This document shows positions 21,171-30,923 of a stretch of DNA of 64,000 bases, in pieces. The DNA comes from an uncultured Actinomycetota bacterium (GTDB lineage Bacteria > Actinomycetota > Actinomycetes > JAHEKZ01). Every line of letters starts with the position of its first letter. Position 1 is the first letter of the stretch. The stretch covers positions 640,001 through 704,000 of the forward strand of contig CAVURN010000002.1 of NCBI GenBank assembly GCA_963743915.1. The letters run 5' to 3'. Position numbers and translations under genes: made by a program. The notes beneath the pieces are model-generated. The model ran no database searches. It was not told where the DNA came from and was given only the letters and a program-made list of their open reading frames with translations.

Positions 21171-23246
21171 ATGACGCAGGTGCGCCACGACGGTGCTCGG
21201 TCCGAGACGGCTGAGTTGCACCACGCTCTGCCCTTGTCCGATCCGCGCGCCGCCAACGTTGTCGTGGCGGGGGCCAAAGGCGCCAACCTCGCCCGCGCGC
21301 TGGCGGCAGGGCTTCCGGTGCTCCCCGGGTACATCCTTCCGACCGACGCTCCGTCCGCTTCCGAGCTGGACGCAGAGCTCACTGTCGTCCGGGAGGCCCT
21401 GGCCCCTCATCCGCTCATCGTCCGCTCCTCCTCGACCATCGAGGACGTGGGATCGTCGTCGATGGCTGGGCAGTTCCGCTCGGTCCTCGATGTCACCTCT
21501 CAGAGTGAGCTGGTGGCCGCAGTGGAGACCGTCCGCCGCTCGGCATCACGACCCGACCTCGCAGCGGCCCCGATGGCCGTGCTCATCCAGCCTCAGCTGG
21601 ACCCGCTCGTCAGCGGCGTCATGTTCGGCATCGATCCCGTCACGGGCGTGGAGGGACGCCTGGTCGTCGAAGCCGTCTCGGGTGGCCCTGACCGGCTGGT
21701 GAGCGGACAGGTGACCGCTGAGCGCATCAGCCTGAACCTCACTGGTCGGGTGGTCGCCGTCGACGGCGTCCCGGTGAGACGGGGCACGCGTCACCGGGGC
21801 CTGCTCGACCGGAGCCAGTGCCGAGCTCTCAGCCTGCTCGCCGGTGACCTCGAGCGCGAGTACGGGGCGCCGCAGGACGTGGAATGGGCTGTCGACCCGC
21901 GCGGTCGGCTCGTCCTCCTCCAGACACGCCCGGTGACGACGCGGGCGGCTCGCGTCGAAGGTCCGGTCCTCGGCCCCGGCCCGGTCGCCGAGACCTTCCC
22001 TTTCCCTCTTCGGCCGCTGGAGAGCGATCTCTGGCTCACTCCCATGAGAGCGGGCATCTCCACGGCGCTGGCCCGGGTTGGCGTCACTCCCCATCGCGTC
22101 CTGTCCGAGTCCCCCGTCGTTCTGGCTGTGCAGGGTTGGGCGGCTGTGGATCTGGAGCTCTTCGGCTACCTCGACCGCCGGCCCCACGGATGGCACTGGA
22201 TCGACCCCCGTCCACCGGCACGTCGGCTTGCGGCGGCCTGGCGCATCGGCACGCTGCGCGCTCGACTCACCGATGACGCTTCGGCCCTGATGGCCCGCAG
22301 TGACGAGCTGCTGGCCTCCGTCCCAGCACCCTCAGAGATGTCGGACGACCAGTTCCCGCCGCTGCTCGACGCGCTTCGAGCGCTCCTGGTCGACCTGCAC
22401 ACGCACGAGGTCCTCGCGGCGTCTCTGACCGGCCGGCAAAGTGGGAGTCTCGGCGCCGCCGCACTCGATGCCCTGAGCCGCGGGCGTGCCGTCGGGCTGA
22501 CCGACTCGGCCGTCGTCCACCACGATCCCGTGGTCCTGACGCTCGTGCCTCCACGAGTCGGCACTCCGATGCCGTTGCCGGACCCAGCACCGTCACCACC
22601 CGCTGCGCCGCCGAGCCCGCCTGGCCTGCGTGAGCTCCTCCGCCTGCGCGTGCGATGGGTCCAAGAGCTTCAGGCGCGTTTGTGCGTCGAAATCGGATAC
22701 CGGCTCGCCGCGGTCGGCCGCCTGCCGTCGGCAGACTCCGTCGCGTGGCTGCAGCTGGACGAGCTTCAACCCCTGCTGCTGGGTGGCTCGAGGCCCGACG
22801 ACCTGGCGCATCGGATGACGCTGCGCCCCGGCCCCCCCTTGCCCACGCACTTCCAGCTCGGCGACGACGGCACGGCGGTACCCGTCGAGCGGAGGGGTGC
22901 CCGCCCGCACGGCGGCGTGGGCGCCGGGGGTGGACGCGGTGTCGGCACGGTGGTGCATGCAGACGCCGTCGAGCCCAACAGTCAGGCGGACGAGTCCTCC
23001 CAGGGTCGGGTGCTCGTCGTGCGCACCCTCGACCCGACGCTGGCGGCACGACTGCCGGGGCTGAGCGGACTGGTCTCCGAGTCCGGTTCGACCCTGTCCC
23101 ACCTCGCCATCCTTGCCCGCGAGTACCAGGTCCCCACCGTCGTCGCCGTCCATGACGCCCTGCACCAGTTCCCGGTCGGCGAACGCGTTGTCGTCGACGG
23201 GCGGACCGGCGAGGTCTTCTCCGTGTCGGCGGAGGTGACCTCATGA
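21171..23246 (+). CDS. PEP/pyruvate-binding (ATP-grasp) plus phospho-His swivel domain phosphotransferase (RPH/PPS-like, substrate unknown)
   Basis: GAKGANL, VRSSSTIED..SMAGQF, QDVEWA, LLQTRPVT; C-terminal SESGSTLSHLAILAREY. Confidence 0.88.
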   Translation: MTQVRHDGARSETAELHHALPLSDPRAANVVVAGAKGANLARALAAGLPVLPGYILPTDAPSASELDAELTVVREALAPHPLIVRSSSTIEDVGSSSMAGQFRSVLDVTSQSELVAAVETVRRSASRPDLAAAPMAVLIQPQLDPLVSGVMFGIDPVTGVEGRLVVEAVSGGPDRLVSGQVTAERISLNLTGRVVAVDGVPVRRGTRHRGLLDRSQCRALSLLAGDLEREYGAPQDVEWAVDPRGRLVLLQTRPVTTRAARVEGPVLGPGPVAETFPFPLRPLESDLWLTPMRAGISTALARVGVTPHRVLSESPVVLAVQGWAAVDLELFGYLDRRPHGWHWIDPRPPARRLAAAWRIGTLRARLTDDASALMARSDELLASVPAPSEMSDDQFPPLLDALRALLVDLHTHEVLAASLTGRQSGSLGAAALDALSRGRAVGLTDSAVVHHDPVVLTLVPPRVGTPMPLPDPAPSPPAAPPSPPGLRELLRLRVRWVQELQARLCVEIGYRLAAVGRLPSADSVAWLQLDELQPLLLGGSRPDDLAHRMTLRPGPPLPTHFQLGDDGTAVPVERRGARPHGGVGAGGGRGVGTVVHADAVEPNSQADESSQGRVLVVRTLDPTLAARLPGLSGLVSESGSTLSHLAILAREYQVPTVVAVHDALHQFPVGERVVVDGRTGEVFSVSAEVTS

Positions 23247-24064
23247 CCGTTCTGCGTGCCGTCACGGTGTTCGGACGAGTGCTGCTCCTGGTCGTCCTCG
23301 CGACCTCCGGTCTCTACGTCCTCCTCTACCTGTGGCGGTGGGAGTGGGAGCGGGCTCAGGTGGCCGGCGTCTTCTTCCTCGCTTCCCTGATCGTCTTCTC
23401 CACCCAGCTCGTGCTTCGGCGCATCGCCCAGATGTCCGCCGCGCCGGCCCCGGCGAGCGGGCAGGCCGCGCCGGCGTCCGTCGCGCCCTCGCGACCGTTC
23501 TCCTGGACCGAGCCGGACCAGGAGACGCACATCTTCTTGCCCGTGCTGCTCGGATTCGGCGTCGCGCTCTCGCTGATCGCGGCCGCCGCCGAGCGTCTCG
23601 TCGCCTTCGTGGTGGGCCCGTCGAGCCCGGGCCGGCAGCGGCCAGTTCGCACGGTTCCGGAGAGCGTCCTCGCTGGACTGCTCGTGGTGATCCTGGTGGT
23701 GGTGGGGGCGGTCGTCGTCGTCGCGCGTCACCGGCTGACGACCCGCGAGGAGACGCCACTGGCCGGTACCCGCACCTACGTCCTCGAGGTCGAGGGCCGG
23801 AACGTCCACGTCGACGTGGCTGACAGCGTGACGACCTTGGCACAGTTCTGCCGCGATCGGGCACACGTCGACGAGCTGAGCATCCTCGAGGTGCGTGCGA
23901 CCTCCGGCGACACGGGCACCGTGGTCGTCCAACCTGTTCTCGACCGGTTCGGCGCCGCGCGGTTCGAGGGTTGCCTGACCGACGCGGTGCTCGATCGTCG
24001 GACGGTGGCGCTGCTCGACGTGCAGACCACCCTCACGGAGCCGGTGCGACCCAGCGATAGCTGA
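23243..24064 (+). CDS. Hypothetical membrane protein coupled to the PEP-utiliser (4 TM plus C-terminal soluble domain)
   Basis: ATGA overlap; YVLLYLWRWEWERA TM hairpin, FLPVLLGFG, FEGCLTD. Confidence 0.75.
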   Translation: MTVLRAVTVFGRVLLLVVLATSGLYVLLYLWRWEWERAQVAGVFFLASLIVFSTQLVLRRIAQMSAAPAPASGQAAPASVAPSRPFSWTEPDQETHIFLPVLLGFGVALSLIAAAAERLVAFVVGPSSPGRQRPVRTVPESVLAGLLVVILVVVGAVVVVARHRLTTREETPLAGTRTYVLEVEGRNVHVDVADSVTTLAQFCRDRAHVDELSILEVRATSGDTGTVVVQPVLDRFGAARFEGCLTDAVLDRRTVALLDVQTTLTEPVRPSDS

Positions 24065-25763
24065 GCACGGTCTCGCCGAAGGCGTTGCGTCCCTCGAAGT
24101 GCACCCGCACGCTGCCTCCACTGTCGGAGACCGTGACGAGTCCGAACTGACCCGGCTCGGCCACGACACCCTCGCTGTAGGGGCCACCCTTGGTGCTGAC
24201 GTGCTGATCGATCGGTGCAGCCTGCAGGACAGGGAAGCCCAGCTGATCCGGGTGGGCGTAGTTGCTGTGGGTGCCGTCGTCGGCGGCCAGCATGTGCGCG
24301 TCGCCGGCGAGCATGACCACGTTGTCGATCTTGCGGTCGTCGAGGAACTGCGAGATCGACTCGCGCTCATAGGAGTACGAACCCCAGCTGTCCCCTGCGC
24401 CGGCCGGATCGACGATCCACGGAACGCTCGAGACCCAGAACACGACCGGATACCGTCGGCTTCCCTGAAGCAGCTCGTTCTCCAGCCATGCCCGCTGCTC
24501 GTCACCGAGCATCGTCTTGTCCGGGGTGTCCGGCTCAGTGGCCGGGTCGCGCTCGGACCGCAGGTCCGTGAGCACGAAGCGGGCCCGTCCGATGGTGAAG
24601 GCCTGGTACGCCGGACCGCTCTGTTCCCGGTCGCCGAGCCCGTAGTGCGGCACGTAGGTTCTGTAGGACGTCCATGCGGCGTCCCGGGACGGCGACAACC
24701 GGTTGGCATCGTTCGGTCCGAAGTCGTGGTCGTCCCACATGTACGCGACGGGCACCTGCCGGAAGAGCTGGGCGGGCGCACCAGGCGTCAGCTGGCGGCC
24801 ATAGGCCCGGCCATAGGTGGTGACGTTGTCGTCGGCGATGTCGCCGTAGAAGAAGTCTCCGGTGACCAGGTGGAACAGTGGGTCCGCCTCACCGATGGCG
24901 TCGTAGGTTGCGGCGTTGGAGTCGAGGCGTGCGCACGAACCGAAGGTGAAGCTGAACGACTGGGTTCCCCGCAGGGGCGTCGAGAGCTCTCCGTTCCCGC
25001 GGGTGTCGTCGGCGTGGCCGTCCACCACCACGGTGTACGAGTAGTCATGGCCAGGTTGCAGGCCGGTCACCGTGAAGCGCCGTACGGAGGGGTCCGCTGC
25101 GGGATCCTCCGTCACGACCTCGACCGACGTGACGTCGGCACCGTCCGAGGAGCTCACCTCGAGGGTCGCCGACCCTTCGTCGTCGACGAGCCTGGCCACG
25201 ACCACCGCAGCATGAGGTGTCAGCCCTCCCGACCACATCCAGTCGACGACGTCCGCGGGTAGGGCAACAGTCGGCGACACGGGCGCCTTGGGTCCGTAGA
25301 AGTAGGTGAAGATCGCGTCGGACCCCGCCCATCCGGCGGCGAGCAGCGTGGCGAGGCCCAGAGCGAGCAGGGACACGGCAACGGGTCCGCGGGTCCGCCG
25401 CCAGATCCACCACAGCAGCATGGACGGCAGGAAGAGGGCCAGTGCGACGAGGAGTCCTTGGAGGGGACGCAGCTGGACGGCCGACAGCGCACCCACCCCG
25501 ACCGCCGTCACGGCCATCACCGTCGCCCCCGTGGCCAGCCAGCGCAGACTGACCAGCAGCCCGACGACGTACAGAGCCAGCACCGCTGCTTGCACCAAGG
25601 TCTCGGCGTAGCCGAACTCACCGCTGCTCGGCACCCCGAAGACCCACGCGCCCACCACGAGCGCGAGGACCGCTGTCGCTGCCAGGACCCGCGCGACGCG
25701 CGCCAACCCCGACGGGTGCGGTGTCACACCGCCCTCGTTGACTGCAGGGATCGCCGTACCCAT
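24033..25763 (-). CDS. phoD: Alkaline phosphatase D family metallophosphatase with multi-TM N-terminal anchor
   Basis: FGSC, TGDFFYGD, WDDHD, DLRSER, MLGDEQRAWL, LAGDAH; about five N-terminal TM helices; GGAGG RBS. Confidence 0.85.
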   Translation of the reverse strand: MGTAIPAVNEGGVTPHPSGLARVARVLAATAVLALVVGAWVFGVPSSGEFGYAETLVQAAVLALYVVGLLVSLRWLATGATVMAVTAVGVGALSAVQLRPLQGLLVALALFLPSMLLWWIWRRTRGPVAVSLLALGLATLLAAGWAGSDAIFTYFYGPKAPVSPTVALPADVVDWMWSGGLTPHAAVVVARLVDDEGSATLEVSSSDGADVTSVEVVTEDPAADPSVRRFTVTGLQPGHDYSYTVVVDGHADDTRGNGELSTPLRGTQSFSFTFGSCARLDSNAATYDAIGEADPLFHLVTGDFFYGDIADDNVTTYGRAYGRQLTPGAPAQLFRQVPVAYMWDDHDFGPNDANRLSPSRDAAWTSYRTYVPHYGLGDREQSGPAYQAFTIGRARFVLTDLRSERDPATEPDTPDKTMLGDEQRAWLENELLQGSRRYPVVFWVSSVPWIVDPAGAGDSWGSYSYERESISQFLDDRKIDNVVMLAGDAHMLAADDGTHSNYAHPDQLGFPVLQAAPIDQHVSTKGGPYSEGVVAEPGQFGLVTVSDSGGSVRVHFEGRNAFGETVLSYRWVAPAP

Positions 25764-25812
25764 CGGCTACTTGCCTCCACCCTGATGCTCACAGCATCGA
25801 GGGGCCCGGGGC

Positions 25813-25828
25813 AGGGCCGGACGACCCG
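25813..25828 (-). promoter_or_regulatory. DosR/OsdR-like box upstream of phoD
   Basis: AGGGCCGGACGACCCG; palindrome GATGCT-CAC-AGCATC (25784-25798) over the putative -10. Confidence 0.55.
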
Positions 25829-25853
25829 GGGCCGCAGACCGCCGATCCGGCGG

Positions 25854-27237
25854 TCAGTCTCCGGCAGGCACGTGGATGAGCTTGCGGTTGATGAACTCGT
25901 CAATGCCGTACGGGCCGAGCTCCCGGCCCACACCTGAGCGCTTCGTCCCGCCGAAGGGCAGCTCAGGCCCGCCACCCTGCGGCTCGTTCGACCCACACCA
26001 TTCCGGTGTCGAGTCGGTTGGCGACGTCCAGCGCCACCGAGGGATCGGTGTGGTAGACCGCGCCGCCGAGACCGAAGGGCGAGTCGTTCGCCAGAGCGAG
26101 GGCCTCTTCGGCGTCCTTCACCTTGTAGACCACGGCGACGGGTCCGAAGAGCTCCTCGTAGTAGGCCCGCATCTCGGGTGTGACATCGGTGAGGACGGTT
26201 GCCTCGACGAAGGCACCTGGACGGTCGAGGCGACGGCCTCCGGTGCGGACGGTCGCCCCCTTGTCGATGGCGTCCTGCACCTGCGCCATCAGGCCGTTCG
26301 CTGCCGCTTCGGAGCACAGCGGACCGTACGAGGTGCCCGGGTCCGTCGGGTCGCCCACTGTGAGCTGTGCCATCTCGGCGGTCATCTGCTCGACGAAGGC
26401 GTCGTAGTGGGACTCGGTGACGATGAAGCGTTTGGCCGCGTTGCATGCCTGACCGGCGTTCTCCATGCGGGCGCCGACGGCGTCCTTCACCACCTCAGGG
26501 AGCCGGTCCGTGTCGAGGACGATGAAGGCGTCGGAGCCCCCGAGCTCGAGGACCACTTTCTTGAGGTACTGGCCGGCCAGTGACGCGACCGCGGTTCCGG
26601 CACGCTCGCTGCCCGTCACCGACACGCCGCGGACGCGTGGGTCCGCGATGATCGTCGCCGCCTGCTCGTTGCTGGCGAAGAGGTTGATGTACGCGTCGTC
26701 GGGCAGACCCGCGTCGCGGAAGATCTGCTCCATCGCAAGCGCGGACTCCGGGCACTGCGGGGCGTGCTTGAGCAGGATCGTGTTCCCCGCCATCAGATTC
26801 GGGCCCGCGAACCGTGCGACCTGGTAGTAGGGGTAGTTCCACGGCATGATCCCCAGCAGCGGACCGATGGGAGCCTTCCGCACGAATGCCTTGCCGCCGG
26901 ACGTCGACTCGAGCGGCTCGTCCGCCAGCAGGGTCGCCGCTTGGTCGGCGTAGTAGCGATAGATGTCGACCGAGTACTCGACCTCGTCGACCGCCTCCGC
27001 AGCGGTCTTCCCCATCTCGCGGGTGATCAGGGCAGCCAGCTCCTCGGCCCGCTCCACGTAGAGGTCGGCCACTCGATGGATCAGCGCCGCCCGGGCGTCC
27101 ACCTCTGTCTCGCTCCACGAGCGAAATGCCCGGTCTGAGCGCTCGATGGCTGACGCGATCTCCGCATCACTGGCCGTCGGGAACTTCTTCTCGACCACGC
27201 CCGTTGCCGGGTTGGTGACCTGGTACTCGACCGTCAT
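25854..27237 (-). CDS. gabD: NAD(P)-dependent succinate-semialdehyde dehydrogenase, frameshift near 25990
   Basis: IMPWNYP, TGSERAG, LELGGSD, NAGQAC, EELFGP; C-terminal [16 protein letters not shown] in a second frame. Confidence 0.88.
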
Positions 27238-27356
27238 GGGGCTCCTCTTCGCGACGTGCCTTGCCTGGGCCTTGACGCTAACCGATGGCAGCCGCACGAG
27301 GACAGCGAACGCTCGGACCTTTCCAACTCGGCGCCCCTTGGGTGAGGTACGGCACG

Positions 27357-27821
27357 ATGGGGCGCATGCCGACCCTGCTGGTGGTGCAGCACACCCCTTC
27401 TCCCGCGGTCCAGGACATGCTCGAGGCGGTTCTGCGCGGCACCAGGCACCCGGAGGTGACTGGGGTGTCCGTGGAGGTGCGCGCTGCCCTCTCAGCGGGG
27501 CCTGCCGACGTCCTCGCAGCGGACGGGGTCATCCTGGGCACACCGGCCAACATCGGGTACATGTCGGGGGCGCTCAAGCACTTCCTCGACCAGGTCTACT
27601 ACCCGTGTCTCGAGGTGACCGTCGGGCTCCCCTACGGCGTGTACGTGCACGGCAATGACGACACGGCAGGCGCCTTGCGGGCGATCCACAAGATCACCGG
27701 AGGCATGCAGTGGAAGCAGGTGGCCGCTGACGTCTCGCTGGTAGGTGCACCGACGCGCGAGGGTCTGGCGTCGTGCGAAGAGCTGGGAGCCCTGCTGGGC
27801 CTCCAGGTCGCCGGCTTCTGA
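27357..27821 (+). CDS. Flavodoxin-like (WrbA/NAD(P)H-dependent FMN) protein
   Basis: LLVVQHTPS, ADGVILGTPANIGYMSGALKHFLD, CEELG. Confidence 0.85.
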   Translation: MGRMPTLLVVQHTPSPAVQDMLEAVLRGTRHPEVTGVSVEVRAALSAGPADVLAADGVILGTPANIGYMSGALKHFLDQVYYPCLEVTVGLPYGVYVHGNDDTAGALRAIHKITGGMQWKQVAADVSLVGAPTREGLASCEELGALLGLQVAGF

Positions 27822-27826
27822 CGCCG

Positions 27827-29029
27827 CTAGCGGTGGTTCTTGGGGCGCCGCCCCCGCAGACGATCCCGGGCGTCTCCTGCCTGCTTCGCGACGATCGAGT
27901 CGAGGCGCGCAGACCGGCCTTCCATGGCCGCCAGGGCGCGGGCCAGGGACTTGCGCCGGAGGACCGACTCCAGCACCCGCGTCGTCGGCGAGCGTCGCGT
28001 CGCCTCCTGACGTTCTGCCATCTCGTCGAGGAGCCCCGCAATCCCGCGCACGGCGACATCGAGCACCTCAGCGTCGTTTGGAAGTGGTGCCGCAGCGTCA
28101 CTTCGGCGAGAACGCAGGTCGTCGAAGGAACCGACGACTTCGCAGCCGACCGCCTCGAGACTCTCGACGATCTCTCCCTGCCGCGCCTCGACCTCCGCGA
28201 CGAGATCGTCGGGCAGCGCAGGGACACCAGACCCCGACGAGGCACCCAGGATCTCGGTGGACAGCACCTCCCGGAACAGCGAGCTGCGGTGCCACCGCTC
28301 CATGGACCCACCCATCTCGACATTGAGCCTTCGGAGCAGCTCCGTCTCCGCCAGCCCGAGTGACCGGTTGCTCGGAGCCTCGGGAAAGCTCACGGGAAGC
28401 TGCTCGACGCCGAGGACGGACGCGAAGCGCCGCCAGAGCTCCTGGTGGCCCGCCCCATCGGTGGGCAGGGTGATCACGTGTCGGCGCTCGGCGGGCACCC
28501 GAGCCGCCCACCGCTCCATGACCGACGCGGCATCCTCCAGCTGCCAGAAGGGGCGTTCACGATCAGCGAGCACCGCGCGCACCCACTTCGCATAGGGCCG
28601 CTTCCCGCCGTGCTTGACGAGCTCCTGCCAGTAGGAGGGCAGGAGTCCCTGCAGACCTCGCATCACGTAGACGACGTGTACCTCGCGAGGAGCCAAGGAC
28701 GCGACGGCTCGCTCGATCTGCTCGGTCGAGAGGCCGCACATCAGCTCGTCGGACAGCACCGCGACCGGTTCCCGTCGCTGATGGAGTTTGCGCGTGAACT
28801 GGTCCCAGCTGCCTGTCCCGTCACCGCCCGGCTCGCGTGGGTCGAACTCGTCCCCCCGGAGGTCCTTGCTGGCGCGGTAGTGCTCGAAGGAACCGACCCC
28901 CGGGACGGCCACGCCGGCGTCCTGCAGGGCGGGACGGTTGGCCCACAGCGTCTCCTGCAGAAAGGTCGAGCCCGCCTTGGGTGCTCCGACGTGGAGGTAC
29001 GCCCGCCCCACGGAGTCAGCCGACGACAC
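27827..29029 (-). CDS. Sulfotransferase-like P-loop protein
   Basis: AYLHVGAPKAGSTFLQ, LSDELM, SYWQELVK, NRSLGLAE. Confidence 0.7.
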   Translation of the reverse strand: MSSADSVGRAYLHVGAPKAGSTFLQETLWANRPALQDAGVAVPGVGSFEHYRASKDLRGDEFDPREPGGDGTGSWDQFTRKLHQRREPVAVLSDELMCGLSTEQIERAVASLAPREVHVVYVMRGLQGLLPSYWQELVKHGGKRPYAKWVRAVLADRERPFWQLEDAASVMERWAARVPAERRHVITLPTDGAGHQELWRRFASVLGVEQLPVSFPEAPSNRSLGLAETELLRRLNVEMGGSMERWHRSSLFREVLSTEILGASSGSGVPALPDDLVAEVEARQGEIVESLEAVGCEVVGSFDDLRSRRSDAAAPLPNDAEVLDVAVRGIAGLLDEMAERQEATRRSPTTRVLESVLRRKSLARALAAMEGRSARLDSIVAKQAGDARDRLRGRRPKNHR

Positions 29030-29123
29030 TTCGCTCCCTAGTGATCGCTCGAGGAGGGGACACGCACCAGCTCGTGGACCTAGGACCCTCGGAGACGCAC
29101 AGTACTGGCATTAGCCTGGGAGC

Positions 29124-30767
29124 GTGAGATTCCACGTTGCTCGCCGCACCCCTCTGCTGCTCGTCAGCAGCCTGACGATGACCGCCGCCCTGGTCACCAC
29201 CCCTACCGCCGCGAACGCGGCGACGATCGTGGTCGATGACCTCACCCCGCCCCTTGCCCCGGTGTCCCTGTCCCAGCTCGACGTCGACGAGGTCACCCTC
29301 ACCTTCGAGGTCGACAGCGGCACCGAGCAAGCACGCCCCCCCAAGGTCATCGACACGACGAGCAGCGTCCCGTTCGCCGCCAAGCGAGCCTCTCTCGTCA
29401 GCGGGAACCTGACGACAGGGACGTGGGAGGCCACTGTCGTGCTGGCGTCCTTCATGGACGGCTCGCATGCCCCGCGCGTTCGAGTCTGTGTCACCAACAC
29501 CCCGTGTGCCTCGCAGCCGCTGTCCACCGACATCGTCGTCCACGGCTCCGATAAGCCCGTCCTGAAGTCCGTCTCGCAGAATCCGAACCGGCTTCGTGCC
29601 GGCAAGGTCTCCGGCGCCGAGGCGGTCGGACGCGTGGTCTTCGCCGACAGCGGCGATCCGGTCCGAGGCGTCGCCGTGCGACTCGTTCGCCAGAGCGGCG
29701 ACACCGGCCGGCTGGTCGACCGGAGCAACTCACGCGGCCGCTTCACCTCTCCGTGGCCATGGACGCGTCCCGGTCAAGACCCCGCGGAGATCACCCTGAC
29801 CGCTCCCGACGTCCCCGGCGTCCGGTTCGACCGTGACGTCCTCGGCAACCCGAGCACCCGGTTCCGGGTGCCGAAGCCCAAGGCCCGTGCACTCGTCGGC
29901 CCTGACGAGAAGGTGGTGGTGTCGGGGACCGTCACTCCGGGGTATCCCGCCTCCAAGCTCGGTGCCATTCGTCTGCAGGAGCTGACCGAACGTGGCTGGA
30001 AGACCCGAGCCAGTACCCAGCTCCGCCAGGTCAGGGACTCGTCGGGAGACCCGGTGAACCGGGCTCGCTACCGGCTGTCGATACGTTTCAGCAAGACCGG
30101 GAAGCACGTCCTGCGGCTGTCCAAGCCCCCCGCCATGTGCAGTGGCGGGCCCTGCCGTGTGGCCCGTGCGAACTCCGAACGGTTCTCGGTGGTTGTCGGT
30201 AACAGGGCGTTCGTCGTCGAGCGCCACCTCGATGCGCTCGGCGTACCCGTCGGCCAGGTGGACGGTGTGGTCGACGCGCGGTCGAAGCAGGCTTTCTGCG
30301 CCTGGCGCGACATGACCGGTCAGAAGCCGAGCCGGCAGGGTCTGAGCAAACGGCTCGTGGCGTCCGTGATGCACCACAGCAAGCTCCCGCGACCTGGACG
30401 TCCGGACGGCCTGTACGTCAACAAGACCTGTCAGGTGCTGTTCCAGGTGAAGAACCACAAGTTCCGGCGAGTCGTCTGGGTCTCCTCGGGCGCGCCCGGC
30501 TACGAGACCCCGAGCGCCACGGGCCACATCTTCCGGAAGGTGGATGGCTGGGTGGAGAGCACCCTCTATCCAGGCGCCTACATGCTGAACCCCATGTTCT
30601 TCCTGCCAGAACGACCGGCGATCGCCCTTCATGGTTCGGCCAGCAACGACCTGGTCCATCCGTATCCGGCCAGTCACGGGTGCGTCCGCACGTGGAGGCC
30701 CGACATCCTGCACATCTTCGAGGAGTCGCCGATCGGCACCAGGGTGAAGGTCTACGGCAGCTACTGA
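29124..30767 (+). CDS. Secreted L,D-transpeptidase (YkuD) with N-terminal Ig-like domains and a peptidoglycan-binding-like segment
   Basis: Signal peptide; GQVDGVVD; ETPSA; IALHGS...SHGCVR; leaderless TAGCCT-N6-GTG. Confidence 0.85.
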   Translation: MRFHVARRTPLLLVSSLTMTAALVTTPTAANAATIVVDDLTPPLAPVSLSQLDVDEVTLTFEVDSGTEQARPPKVIDTTSSVPFAAKRASLVSGNLTTGTWEATVVLASFMDGSHAPRVRVCVTNTPCASQPLSTDIVVHGSDKPVLKSVSQNPNRLRAGKVSGAEAVGRVVFADSGDPVRGVAVRLVRQSGDTGRLVDRSNSRGRFTSPWPWTRPGQDPAEITLTAPDVPGVRFDRDVLGNPSTRFRVPKPKARALVGPDEKVVVSGTVTPGYPASKLGAIRLQELTERGWKTRASTQLRQVRDSSGDPVNRARYRLSIRFSKTGKHVLRLSKPPAMCSGGPCRVARANSERFSVVVGNRAFVVERHLDALGVPVGQVDGVVDARSKQAFCAWRDMTGQKPSRQGLSKRLVASVMHHSKLPRPGRPDGLYVNKTCQVLFQVKNHKFRRVVWVSSGAPGYETPSATGHIFRKVDGWVESTLYPGAYMLNPMFFLPERPAIALHGSASNDLVHPYPASHGCVRTWRPDILHIFEESPIGTRVKVYGSY

Positions 30768-30923
30768 GCGCGCAGGAGCGGGTGCGAGTAACTGACCCGG
30801 AAGACGAGGGCTCCACCACTCCTCCGACCCTGCAGCGAACGCTGGTTCGGACCACGTTTCCTCGCCCGCCTGACAACCCGCGAGTACTCCGTCCGCGGCA
30901 ACCCAGGGTTGGGGCGCCTTCGG

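Noticed and set aside
21171-23246. Rifampin resistance gene (rph) call
   Set aside because: Same domain order, but shorter, in a different context, and with no rifamycin-associated element recognised upstream
30768-30923. att duplication of the tRNA 3' end or an ncRNA in this gap
   Set aside because: Only short matches of about 7 nt (TGGGGCG, GCGGGTG) and no convincing structure
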